Assembly: GCA_029938605.1 (NCBI GenBank)
Contig: JAOZUO010000004.1
Location: forward strand, 23,048-87,047
Reading direction: 5' to 3'
Source of the DNA: Deltaproteobacteria bacterium
Lineage (GTDB): Bacteria > Myxococcota_A > Polyangia > HGW-17 > JAJRWW01
Length of the DNA stretch: 64,000 bases
In this document: positions 1 to 8,880 of the stretch, in pieces
Numbering within the stretch: position 1 is the stretch's first letter
Layout: the number at the start of each line of letters is the position of its first letter
The notes under the pieces: model-generated
Told to the model about the DNA's origin: nothing
Databases searched by the model: none
The model's input: the letters and a program-made list of their open reading frames with translations, nothing else
Translations under genes and position numbers: made by a program

Positions 1-776
1 GCCGTGAGCCAGGGGAACAGCGACGCGTTCTCGATGGGATCCCAGCCCCACCAGCCGCCCCAGTCGATGAGTCCGTAGGCCCAGAGCATGCCGAGCACTA
101 GACCTATGCCCAGGAAGATCCAGGTGGAGATGATCCACGGACGCATGATCCGTAGCCAGTCCTCCTCGTCCTGTCCGGGGCGGCTCGGGCGGATCAGCGC
201 GGCCACGCAGTAGGCGAAGGGCACGGTGGTGCCGATGTAGCCCAGGTACTGCGCCGGCGGGTGGAAGAGCATCCACGGATTTCGCAGCATGGGGCGCATG
301 CCGTTGCCGATCAGGGGTGTCTCCACCAGGTACTCGTTGAAGGGGGTCTTTTGGAAGAGCAGCAGGTACAAAAAGAACCCCAGCACCATCATCAGCACCG
401 CGGTGGCGTGGGGTGTGAGGTCCGGCAGGGTCTTGTAGTGCAGCCGCACGGCCAGGGCCGACGCGAGGCTCAGGATCCAGGCCCAGAAGAGGATGGAGCC
501 CTCCAGGTCCACCCACAGCAGGGTGATCTTGAAGTGTGCGGGCAGGGACCGGCTGGAGCTGGTCTGCACCATGCGCACGAGAAAGTCGTTGCTGTAGATG
601 AGCGCCATGAGCACCACCACCGCCAGGGTCACCAGGGCGGCGGTGGCGTAGACGGAGCGGCGCGACAGACGGATCAGATCCTGCGACCCGATACGCTGGC
701 CCCAGATGCCGGCGGCGGCAGCCAGGCCGGCCATCAGCATTGCGAGCTGGAGGGCGACGTTTCCTAGGGTAGACAA
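1..776 (-). CDS. ccmF: Cytochrome c biogenesis heme lyase CcmF (5' part; runs off the left window edge)
   Basis: Manual translation of the minus strand: TTG start at 776 after an AAGGA RBS, MSTLGNVALQLAML..., and the WWD-domain motif WAYGLIDWGGWWGWDPIENASLFPWL. Absent from the ORF track because the stop lies outside the window. Confidence 0.93.
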   Translation of the reverse strand, partial: MSTLGNVALQLAMLMAGLAAAAGIWGQRIGSQDLIRLSRRSVYATAALVTLAVVVLMALIYSNDFLVRMVQTSSSRSLPAHFKITLLWVDLEGSILFWAWILSLASALAVRLHYKTLPDLTPHATAVLMMVLGFFLYLLLFQKTPFNEYLVETPLIGNGMRPMLRNPWMLFHPPAQYLGYIGTTVPFAYCVAALIRPSRPGQDEEDWLRIMRPWIISTWIFLGIGLVLGMLWAYGLIDWGGWWGWDPIENASLFPWLT

Positions 777-1037
777 CGGGTTTTCCTTAGCTGATGTGTC
801 TGGTGGTTACAGTCCACAATGGTCCAGCGTGGTCCTACGCCGTGTATCCTAACCTCTGATTTTCGATAGGAAAGGGGTTTATCGTCTACAACTTCGTTTT
901 TCTGGGTACTGTGTCTGTCTCACCGGTGTAAATAACTGGTATCTCACTGGGCCTACGTGGTTTACCCGGAGAAGGGGGAAATCCTGCGGAGAGACTGCGT
1001 ATTGCCCCGTGGCCCAGGCGATGCTACAGCAGTACCT

Positions 1038-1451
1038 ATGAGGCGTTCCCTACTGGTCAAAGTCGGTGTCACGGTTGCGTTGGTGCTCACCGCCGGCGTG
1101 ATCATCGTCTACACGGCGAGTAAGTCTTCTGGGCTGTTTCGCTTCGTGGACGAGGTGCGCGCCCAGGAGAAGTCGCTCGAGGGGCGGGACGTGTGGATGG
1201 CCGGGACCCTGGAGCCGACCACCCACAAGGTGCGGTCCGTGCGGGGACAGCGCCAGGAGCATAAGTTCTTCCTCAAGCACCGCGGCGCCCGCATCGAGGT
1301 CCGCTACACCGGCTCCATGCCCGCCAACGCCAAGGCGGGCCAGCAGCTCGTGGTCCTGGGCAAGGTCACAGGCAAGGGCCTGTTTCGCGCTCGGGAGATC
1401 CGCACCAAGTGCCCCTCCAAGTACAAGTCCCAATACGAAGCCCGCAAATAA
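1038..1451 (+). CDS. ccmE: Heme chaperone CcmE, CxxxY variant
   Basis: N-terminal TM helix, OB-fold-like body, C-terminal TKCPSKY (Cys in place of the HxxxY His); divergent from ccmF. Start chosen at ATG 1038. Confidence 0.9.
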   Translation: MRRSLLVKVGVTVALVLTAGVIIVYTASKSSGLFRFVDEVRAQEKSLEGRDVWMAGTLEPTTHKVRSVRGQRQEHKFFLKHRGARIEVRYTGSMPANAKAGQQLVVLGKVTGKGLFRAREIRTKCPSKYKSQYEARK

Positions 1452-1473
1452 GTAGGACCGGACCCGTTTGGAG

Positions 1474-1731
1474 TTAGTCTTTGCGGTCGTCGCGGTCCAG
1501 GCGCGCCTGGAGCTGGCGTCCGAGCGCCTGGGCTTCGGCGTCGACGCGGTGTTGGCCGGTGGCCATCCAGGCGATCCAGCCCACCAGCCCGAGCCACAGC
1601 GTGGCGTATAGGACTACCAGTAGCGTTGGCGAGGGGAGGGCCTCGGACGCCTGGTCAAGACCCTTGGCGAGGGCCCAGAGGATGTTCGCCAGAACGGTGT
1701 TCGCCTGGACGGTGTTCGCCAGGACCATCAT
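1474..1731 (-). CDS. CcmD-like small membrane protein
   Basis: Single TM segment (LLVVLYATLWLGLVGWIAWM) followed by a charged helical tail; overlaps the ccmH stop; ccm context. Confidence 0.6.
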   Translation of the reverse strand: MMVLANTVQANTVLANILWALAKGLDQASEALPSPTLLVVLYATLWLGLVGWIAWMATGQHRVDAEAQALGRQLQARLDRDDRKD

Positions 1732-2270
1732 CCCGGGGCCGTCGATGGGTGACCGGTCTTGGGTTTTGAGGACGGGGCTTTTCCCGCTACGAGGGCGTCG
1801 ATGCGCTCTTCGAGCTCGGCCGGGATTTTGAAATCCTTGGGCAGGTTCTGGTCGGGTCCGGCCGAGGGCGCCCGCTTGCGGGTCATGAGCACAGTCATCA
1901 CCAGCAGGCCGATGAAGGCCAGCCCGAAGGGGACGCCGTACAACACAAAGCCGGAGAGTCCGCCTCCGGGGGGCTCGACGAGCACGGCCTGTCCGTACTT
2001 CTTTTTATAGTGGGCCAGGATCTGCTTCTGGGACTTGCCCTTGGAGAGCATGGTGCGGATGTCGGCGCGCATCTTCACGGCCAGGCCGGAGTTGTGGTCC
2101 GCCAGGGTGCCTTTGTAGCAACACGGGACCGTGAGCAGCTTCTCGATGCGTTTGGCTCGGTTCTCTACGTCGCGTTTCTTCGCGTCCGCGGCCGAGCCGC
2201 CGGCCAGGGCGTCGGGCGCCATGAAGGTCAAAGTAAACAGTGCCAATGGGAGAGTAAGGGCGCGGTTCAA
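1728..2270 (-). CDS. ccmH: Cytochrome c biogenesis protein CcmH/CycL family
   Basis: Signal peptide, LTVPCCYKGTLADHNSGLAVKMRADIRTML...YGQAVLVEPP then a TM helix; likely TTG start at 2270 after GGAG. Confidence 0.8.
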   Translation of the reverse strand: MNRALTLPLALFTLTFMAPDALAGGSAADAKKRDVENRAKRIEKLLTVPCCYKGTLADHNSGLAVKMRADIRTMLSKGKSQKQILAHYKKKYGQAVLVEPPGGGLSGFVLYGVPFGLAFIGLLVMTVLMTRKRAPSAGPDQNLPKDFKIPAELEERIDALVAGKAPSSKPKTGHPSTAPG

Positions 2271-2351
2271 GGGATCGCTCCAAGGTAGTCCAGCCCACAA
2301 CCTAACACGTCATCGGCCGGAGTAAAGGCCACAGGGGTCTGGGTACTTGTC

Positions 2352-3245
2352 TTACCGCCGACGGCGATAGCCGGGCCTTGGGTGCTTTGTATAGATTTTT
2401 CGAAAGGAGTGGTTCCGGAGCTCGTACAGTATCTTGCGGGGCGCTGGGGCCAGGCACCGAGCACGTCGGGCGGGGAGGTCGTCCTGCCTGGTTCCTCTCA
2501 AGATCGTCTTTCCTCCTTTTTGCTCGATTCGGAGGTTGGATATGCTGTGGCCGCCGAAACCATCGGCGCTTCGTCGGCGTATGGTGAGCAGCAGGGTGTT
2601 GCGCCAGATGGCGCCCACCGGTACGAGCAGTAGATCCTGCCAGGACTCGGTGCCGGTGTGTCGGGAGGTTCCGAGGCCCAACCGGCCATTGCGGGGAGTG
2701 GGGCTCTTTTTGTGCAGGCGTTTGAAGCTAATTTTCAGTACGAGGATAGGGGTTTTCATGCCGCGGGCCCTGGCGTATCGCCAGGAGATGCGCCTGGAGC
2801 CGGGCCTCGATGGTTTGGCGAGATCGATGAGCTCGTGCAGGTGTACATCGTAGGCTTCCGTGAAACGGCGCGAAGCTGTCGGTGAGCCGTCCGGGGGTAC
2901 CAGGACGATGAGGTCCTGGCCCTTGTGGCGGAGCCAGCCCACGTATGCGACTACGCGGCCATCGACGTGGATGGATTTGACCTTTTTGATGGAGGCGATG
3001 GGTAGCCGGGATCCCTTCGCGACGATGTCGGCGAACTTCACGGTGACCGGCCCAGGTGTCTTTGTGACGGGGCGCATGACGACGCCCATGACGGGGCGTT
3101 TGACGGCGCCCACGAGGGGGCGCTTGTCGCTTGTGAGCTTCACAGGCTCTGACTGGGGTCGTGGCCCCTGTTTTTGCGTCGAGCACGAGGGGCTCGTCAT
3201 GGAGACGAGCACGGCGACGAGGCTAGAAGCATGGGGTCCAGTCAT
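2352..3245 (-). CDS. Hypothetical basic exported protein, possibly a lipoprotein
   Basis: 297-aa ORF with a hydrophobic N-terminus and early Cys; no recognised domain. Confidence 0.55.
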   Translation of the reverse strand: MTGPHASSLVAVLVSMTSPSCSTQKQGPRPQSEPVKLTSDKRPLVGAVKRPVMGVVMRPVTKTPGPVTVKFADIVAKGSRLPIASIKKVKSIHVDGRVVAYVGWLRHKGQDLIVLVPPDGSPTASRRFTEAYDVHLHELIDLAKPSRPGSRRISWRYARARGMKTPILVLKISFKRLHKKSPTPRNGRLGLGTSRHTGTESWQDLLLVPVGAIWRNTLLLTIRRRSADGFGGHSISNLRIEQKGGKTILRGTRQDDLPARRARCLAPAPRKILYELRNHSFRKIYTKHPRPGYRRRR

Positions 3246-3257
3246 AAGCGGACCTCC

Positions 3258-4703
3258 TTACAACGACAGCTTCTGAATGGTCCCATCTCCCCAATTCGTC
3301 CAGTATAGGCTCGTGGAGTCGATGGCGAGGTACTTGGGGGAGCCCTGTCCCGAGGCCAGGATGGTGCGCGAACCGCCCCCAACAGGGATGCGAGAGATCT
3401 CACCGGCGGTTGAATCGGACCAGTAGAGGAATCCGCCGTCGAGCAGAAGATGGTACGCGGATACTCCACCGGAAAACAGCGTGGTTACCGCGCCGCCGGC
3501 CAACGGGACCATCCTCACGGAACCGTCGCCGTTGCAGATGAAGTAGGCGTGGGTGGCGTCCAGGACGATCCAGTAGGGGCTGGGAACTCCAGAGGCGATG
3601 GTGGTGGCGGCCCCGCCCCCTATGGGAGCTCGCCTGACGGCGTCGTCGTCGATGCTCGTCCAGTAGATGTGGGTGGCGTTTACGGCGGGGCCGAAGGGAG
3701 AGGACTGATCGGTGGCGATGATGGTCGGGGTACCGACGCCGTTCAGCGGAACGCGCTGGACGGTGTCTCCGAAGTAGGTCGTGAAGTAGGCGTACTGGGT
3801 ATCGACCAGGAGCCCGATCGGACAGTCAAGGGTGTCCGCGATGGTTTGGGGCGAGGCGGAGCCGTTCACTGGGAGGCGCACGATCGAGCCGGTGTCTGTT
3901 TTGGCGTTCGACCAGTAGACGTAACCCTCGATCACATTGACGCCGGTGGGATCGTCCTGGCTACTTGCGAGCAGATCGACGGTTCCACCGCTCTTGGCGA
4001 CTCGCTTAATCTCTCCCGCCTCGGAGTTGGCCCAGAAGACGTGGGTTGAGTCCACGGCAATGCCCCATGGAGAGTACTGAGAGTCGGCCAGGGTGACGAT
4101 CGTCCATCCGCAGTCGTCGTGGCAGTTGTCCGGGAGCTCTCCCTTGGTGGTCTCGCAGATCCCATCGCCGCAAGTGAAGCACCCGGAGAGGTCCAGCTCA
4201 CACAGCGAGGTGCAGCTTAGAGAGCCCCCGGTGGCGCCGAGCTGGGCGCAGGTATTGCCCCCCAGGTTTGGCCCATCGCACATCTCGGGACCCTCGACGT
4301 TGGCGTTTCCGCAGGTGTAGCAGTCAGTATAATTCACCAGGCAATCTGTAGTGCACGATAGGGTGCCCTGGGTCAAACCGAGCCCGGATAAGCAGGTCTG
4401 TCCTCCGAAGTCGCTTCCGTCGCAAAGCTCGTTGGAATCGAGCACATCGTTGCCACATAGGAGGCCACCGTCGGTTGTCTGGGCGTCGGTCGTCTGGGCG
4501 TCGCTCGCATTTGCGTCCGTCGCCAGGGCGTCCCCCTGTCCACCGTCGGTTTGGAGAGGGTTGCTGAACGACACGACGCACCCCGATGATAGGAGTACGC
4601 CGTAGACAAGAAGCACCCACGGGGAAGGCAACGGCTTGTTTGGTGCATCGGAGTGGGTTTTGCAGCGAGTTTTTCTTATTGATATGTTGAATAGCCGAAT
4701 CAT
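3258..4703 (-). CDS. Exported protein with Cys-rich CG(N/D) repeats and a C-terminal beta-propeller (DUF5050-like)
   Basis: CGNDVLDSNELCDG-type repeats followed by repeated P.GIAVD.THVYW blades; start uncertain. Confidence 0.75.
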   Translation of the reverse strand: MIRLFNISIRKTRCKTHSDAPNKPLPSPWVLLVYGVLLSSGCVVSFSNPLQTDGGQGDALATDANASDAQTTDAQTTDGGLLCGNDVLDSNELCDGSDFGGQTCLSGLGLTQGTLSCTTDCLVNYTDCYTCGNANVEGPEMCDGPNLGGNTCAQLGATGGSLSCTSLCELDLSGCFTCGDGICETTKGELPDNCHDDCGWTIVTLADSQYSPWGIAVDSTHVFWANSEAGEIKRVAKSGGTVDLLASSQDDPTGVNVIEGYVYWSNAKTDTGSIVRLPVNGSASPQTIADTLDCPIGLLVDTQYAYFTTYFGDTVQRVPLNGVGTPTIIATDQSSPFGPAVNATHIYWTSIDDDAVRRAPIGGGAATTIASGVPSPYWIVLDATHAYFICNGDGSVRMVPLAGGAVTTLFSGGVSAYHLLLDGGFLYWSDSTAGEISRIPVGGGSRTILASGQGSPKYLAIDSTSLYWTNWGDGTIQKLSL

Positions 4704-4834
4704 TGAAACACTCCCAGACGGTCTTTAAGAAGAGTCCTATCCGTAAGAAAGTCCATGCTGACTTTAGGGCATTTGACTAAGTATGGGGGGTAAGCCGGTA
4801 GGGGGTCAAGCGGTGGATGGAGGGACCCTGTCTT

Positions 4835-6190
4835 CTACACCACTCCGAGCTTTTTGAGCTTGCGTAGAAGGGTGGTGCGGTGGATGCCCAGGTCCTGGGC
4901 GGCGCGGGTGCGGTTGCCGCCGGACCGCTCGAGGGCGGTGAGGATCGCGTCCCGTTCGATCATGCCCAGTCCGCCCCAGACCTGTGGGGAGGCGGCGCCT
5001 GGTATGGACCCGGAGGCGTCTTTACGTAGGGGGGTGGCGAACAGGTGCGGAGGCAGGTGCTCGGGTCCTATGCGCGCGGAGCGGCACAGGACCACGGCGT
5101 GCTCCATGGCGTTCTCCAGCTCGCGGATGTTGCCGGGCCAGGGGTAGCGTACGAGCGCCGCGAGGGCTTCGGGCGATACGCCGTCGATGGCTCTGTGCGA
5201 AGCTCCCGCCAGGCGACGGACGAAGTGGCGCACCAGCAGGGGGATGTCTTCGGTGCGGCCCCGCAAGGGCGGCAGGGGGATCTCGATGATGTGGATGCGG
5301 TAGAATAGATCCTCTCGGAACCGCTTCTCCGCTACGGCTTGACGCAGATCCACGTGGGTGGCGGCGATGATCCGCACGTCGGCGCTGACCGTCTCGGTGG
5401 CGCCGAGGGGCTCGTACCGGTGGTCCTGCAGGAAGCGGAGCAGCTTCGCTTGGATGGACAGGGGGAGATCGCCCACCTCGTCCAGAAACAGCGTGCCCTG
5501 GTCGGCCTGGGCGATGCGGCCGGGCTTGTCGCGCCGGGCGTCGGTGAAGGCGCCCTTGCGGTAGCCGAACAGCTCTGACTCGATGAGGGTCTCGGGCACG
5601 GCCGCGCAGTTGAAGGCCACGAAGGGGCCCTTGGAGCGTCCGCTCTGGTTGTGCAGGGCGCGGGCCACCAGCTCTTTGCCCGTGCCGCTCTCGCCCGTGA
5701 CCAGCACCGTGGTGCAGGAGTCGGCGATGAGGGGCAGGGTGGCGAAGATGCGCTCCATCTCCGGGTTGCGGCTGATGATGTCCTCGAACTGGTACTGCCC
5801 GTCGAGCTTGCGCTGCAGGGCCTCCATGCCGGAGATGTCCCGGAACATCTCCACGCCGCCGATGAGCGCGCCGTCGGGGGCCACCAGGGGCGACGTGGAT
5901 ACGAGGATGGGGACGGAGCGACCGTCCCGGGTCTGGATGCGTACCTGCTGGCGGCCGATGGACTCCCGCTCCCCCATGGACTGCTTCAACGGGCAGATGC
6001 CGTCGCACAGATCCGTGCGGAAGATCTCGGAGCACTGACGGCCTATGGCCTCCTCGGGGCAGTAGCCGGTGATGAGCTCGGCGCCGCGGTTGAAGGAGGT
6101 GATCCGCGTGGACTCGTCCACGGTGAAGATGCCCTGGTCAATGGCGTCCAGGATGAGGGGCACGTAGCGATGGTCGAACGGATCGGGCAC
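4835..6190 (-). CDS. PAS-domain sigma54-dependent transcriptional activator (EBP)
   Basis: PAS, Walker A GESGTGKE, ESELFGYRKGAFTDA, LFLDEVG, WPGNIREL, C-terminal Fis-type HTH; likely GTG start at 6190. Confidence 0.93.
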   Translation of the reverse strand: MPDPFDHRYVPLILDAIDQGIFTVDESTRITSFNRGAELITGYCPEEAIGRQCSEIFRTDLCDGICPLKQSMGERESIGRQQVRIQTRDGRSVPILVSTSPLVAPDGALIGGVEMFRDISGMEALQRKLDGQYQFEDIISRNPEMERIFATLPLIADSCTTVLVTGESGTGKELVARALHNQSGRSKGPFVAFNCAAVPETLIESELFGYRKGAFTDARRDKPGRIAQADQGTLFLDEVGDLPLSIQAKLLRFLQDHRYEPLGATETVSADVRIIAATHVDLRQAVAEKRFREDLFYRIHIIEIPLPPLRGRTEDIPLLVRHFVRRLAGASHRAIDGVSPEALAALVRYPWPGNIRELENAMEHAVVLCRSARIGPEHLPPHLFATPLRKDASGSIPGAASPQVWGGLGMIERDAILTALERSGGNRTRAAQDLGIHRTTLLRKLKKLGVV

Positions 6191-6375
6191 AGCATCACCT
6201 TGTGTGAAAAAGTAGCATAGGTGAAATCGTAGCAATTTGCATCGATAGTGATGCATCAGTGTAGCAGAGTACGTCTATTTATGCAATAGCCAAGGGGGAG
6301 ATTGAAAGGGAGGCGGATTGTGTAACCAACTGAAACTATGTCGAAACTACTGAGAGGCGGCGGTGCAGCACCGGG

Positions 6376-6391
6376 CGGTCCGGAATTTGCA
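6376..6391 (+). promoter_or_regulatory. Putative sigma54 -24/-12 promoter of the tmc/hmc operon
   Basis: CGGTCCGGAATTTGCA has GG-N10-GC with TTGCA; divergent EBP gene and an AT-rich region with repeated GTAGCA lie upstream. Confidence 0.6.
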
Positions 6392-6482
6392 CAATGCGCG
6401 GAATGAGCAGAATGAACAGAAACAGCGGAAACAACCGAAAACGCAGAATCTGTGGTGTTCCCGGAAAGGAAGGACGGCGGCG

Positions 6483-6932
6483 GTGAGTGAAGACCGGTCC
6501 AGTACTAACACAGGCTGCCAGGAAGACAAGCCGTTGCAGCATGGCGACGTGGCCTTCAGTACGGGCCAGGCCGCGCGGTATTGCTTCGTCACCGGGGACA
6601 CCATCGTCAACTGGATCAAGAGCGGCTCCCTAAGCGCTCAGAAGACCCCCGGGGGCCAGTACCGCATTCTGGTGACTGTGCTGTACGCCTTCATGCGCGA
6701 GCACGACATGAACACCGCGCTGCTCGAGGCCGAGCATAACGTGCGTCCGCTCTGCATGGAGTTCCATTGTCGTCGGCAGAAGACGCTTGGCTGCTCCGAA
6801 TGCCTGGTCAACCGATCCGGCGCCCAGCGTTGCTGGGAGCTGCGGACCGTGCTGCACGCTTCGGACGCGCGGCCCGGGCGATGCGAGGACTGTGACTACT
6901 TCCGGCGGTACTGCCGCGAGGATGGCCAATGA
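6483..6932 (+). CDS. Excisionase-like HTH protein with C-terminal Cys-rich (two-CW-like) domain
   Basis: FSTGQAARYCFVTGDTIVNWIKSGSL..KTPGGQYRI HTH, then CMEFHC-CSEC-CWE-CEDCDYF; GTG start at 6483 after AGGAAGGA. Confidence 0.8.
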   Translation: MSEDRSSTNTGCQEDKPLQHGDVAFSTGQAARYCFVTGDTIVNWIKSGSLSAQKTPGGQYRILVTVLYAFMREHDMNTALLEAEHNVRPLCMEFHCRRQKTLGCSECLVNRSGAQRCWELRTVLHASDARPGRCEDCDYFRRYCREDGQ

Positions 6933-8215
6933 CCGAACGTGAGACCGAACGCGAGACCGGACGCGAGAAATGGAACTGGGACGTAGGCTCCCGCAACGTT
7001 GCCGATCTGGGCAAGCTCCGCGCCGCGTACACCGATGTGCACGAGCTCACGGTCAGCGCCGACGGAGAGCGGGTGGCCGCGCCTGTGGTGGCCGAGGACG
7101 GCTCCTTCAGGGTGGCGGTCAACGGTGAGGTGTGGGAGACCGAGCTGGAGAAGGCTTGGCACCTGAAGTTCACGCCTGATGACCGGCTCACCGCCCTGGT
7201 GCGCGTGGATGACATGTGGACCGTGGCCGTGGAGGGCGAGCTTTGGGAGCAGCGGTATCCCTTCGCCTGGAACACGAAGTTCTCCGCCGATGGGCGCACC
7301 ATCGCCGTGCAGATCAAAGCCGGCATGGAGTACTCCCTGTGCATCAATGACAAGCCCTGGGACCGGAACTTTCTGTCCATCCGGAACTACGCCTTGTCCG
7401 ATGACGGCCGACGGGCGGCCGCCCTGGTGCAGGTGGTGGAGCTCGTCACCGCCGACACCGAGACCTTCGCCGAGGGCACCTGGAGCGTGGCCGTGGACTC
7501 GGAGACCTGGGACGAGAAGTTCATCGGCGTGTGGGCGCCGGTGATCAGCCCCGATGGGGAGCACGTGGCCGTACAGACCCGCACCGAGCGGTTCGCCTAC
7601 ACCATCGCCCTCGATGGCGCCCCGTGGGAGTCCCGGTATGGTTGCGTGTGGGAGCCCGGGTTCAGGCCCCGGGGCGAGGGGCTTTTAGCGCCCGTGCGGA
7701 CCGGGGCCTCCTGGAGCCTGGCCGAGGACGGCGAGCCCCTTTGGAAGACCCCCTACGTGCAGTTGTGGTACGTGCGCTTCTCCCCGGCGGGGGAGCGGGT
7801 GGCCGCGGTGGTGGCCACTGACTTCGGCCGGTGGACCGTGGCGGTGGACGACCGCCCCTGGGGATGCACCTTCGGGGACGTGGTAATGGCGCCGGTGTTC
7901 TCCACCGACGGTAAGCGCGTGGCGGCCGCCGTCAGGCACGAGGGGCGTTGGACCGTGGCGGTGGACGGTGAGCCCTGGTCCCATTGGTTCGACACGGTGT
8001 GGGATCCGGTGGTGGGGGCCGGGCGCGGTCCGGTCCTGGCCAAGGTGAAGAACCAGGGCGCCTATGGTTTGGCCGTGGACGGTCGTGTGGGCGCCCAGCG
8101 GTATGAGCACCTCTGGGATCCGACCTTCAGTCCGGACGGCGACAAGGTCCTGATCCGCGGCGTGCAGAGCGGAAAGTACATCCGGCGGGTCGTCCTGACC
8201 GAGGAGCTGGGATGA
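6929..8215 (+). CDS. tmcD: Tmc complex subunit TmcD (Trp-rich beta-propeller-like)
   Basis: Trp-rich repeats (WTVAVDG.PW, W.P.FSPDG) directly upstream of tmcC-like and tmcB-like genes. Confidence 0.85.
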   Translation: MTERETERETGREKWNWDVGSRNVADLGKLRAAYTDVHELTVSADGERVAAPVVAEDGSFRVAVNGEVWETELEKAWHLKFTPDDRLTALVRVDDMWTVAVEGELWEQRYPFAWNTKFSADGRTIAVQIKAGMEYSLCINDKPWDRNFLSIRNYALSDDGRRAAALVQVVELVTADTETFAEGTWSVAVDSETWDEKFIGVWAPVISPDGEHVAVQTRTERFAYTIALDGAPWESRYGCVWEPGFRPRGEGLLAPVRTGASWSLAEDGEPLWKTPYVQLWYVRFSPAGERVAAVVATDFGRWTVAVDDRPWGCTFGDVVMAPVFSTDGKRVAAAVRHEGRWTVAVDGEPWSHWFDTVWDPVVGAGRGPVLAKVKNQGAYGLAVDGRVGAQRYEHLWDPTFSPDGDKVLIRGVQSGKYIRRVVLTEELG

Positions 8216-8868
8216 GCACTATGGTCAACTTTGTCTCAGGTCCCCTGGTCTGGATCGCCCTGGTCACGTTCGTGGTGGGGACCGTGGTGCGCATTGTCTT
8301 GATGATCCGCACCATCAAACTGGACAAGACCGTCCTGCCCGCCATGACGGTCAAACACAGCCTCCGGTCTATCTTCTTTTGGACGCTGCCCTACGGGAGC
8401 CGGTCCATGCGGACGCGCCCGTTCTTCTCGGGCCTGTCCTACCTCTTCCACCTGTGTCTGCTGGCGCTGCCGCTTACGGTCATGGGGCACGCGGTGCTCT
8501 GGCAACAGGCCTGGGGGATCCGCTGGTGGAGCCTGCCTTCCGGGGTGGCGGACGTGATGACGGCGGTGGTGATCTTCGCCGGGGGGATCTTTTTGTTGCG
8601 GCGGATCATGTCTCCGGAGGTGCGCAACGTAAACACCTGGCGGGACTACGTGATCCTGGTCATCGTTCTTTTGCCCTTCGTCACCGGGTTCATCGCCTAC
8701 CACCAGTGGCTGGACTACCGGACGATCATCATCCTGCACATGGTCAGCGGCGCGGTGTGGCTCATGGCCATTCCGTTTACGTGGCTGCAGCACATGTTCA
8801 TGTTCTTCTTCTCCCGAGCGTACATGGGCAGCGAGTTCGGCGCCGTACGCAACGCGCGGGATTGGTAA
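8212..8868 (+). CDS. tmcC: Tmc complex membrane cytochrome b subunit TmcC (NarI-like)
   Basis: Multiple TM helices with conserved His (YLFH, GH, ILHM, LQHMF) and C-terminal RAYMGSEFGAVRNARDW. Confidence 0.85.
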   Translation: MSTMVNFVSGPLVWIALVTFVVGTVVRIVLMIRTIKLDKTVLPAMTVKHSLRSIFFWTLPYGSRSMRTRPFFSGLSYLFHLCLLALPLTVMGHAVLWQQAWGIRWWSLPSGVADVMTAVVIFAGGIFLLRRIMSPEVRNVNTWRDYVILVIVLLPFVTGFIAYHQWLDYRTIIILHMVSGAVWLMAIPFTWLQHMFMFFFSRAYMGSEFGAVRNARDW

Positions 8869-8880
8869 AGGGTAGGTCGT

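Noticed and set aside
6483-6932. Prophage excisionase
   Set aside because: No integrase or phage genes nearby; the gene is translationally coupled to tmcD.
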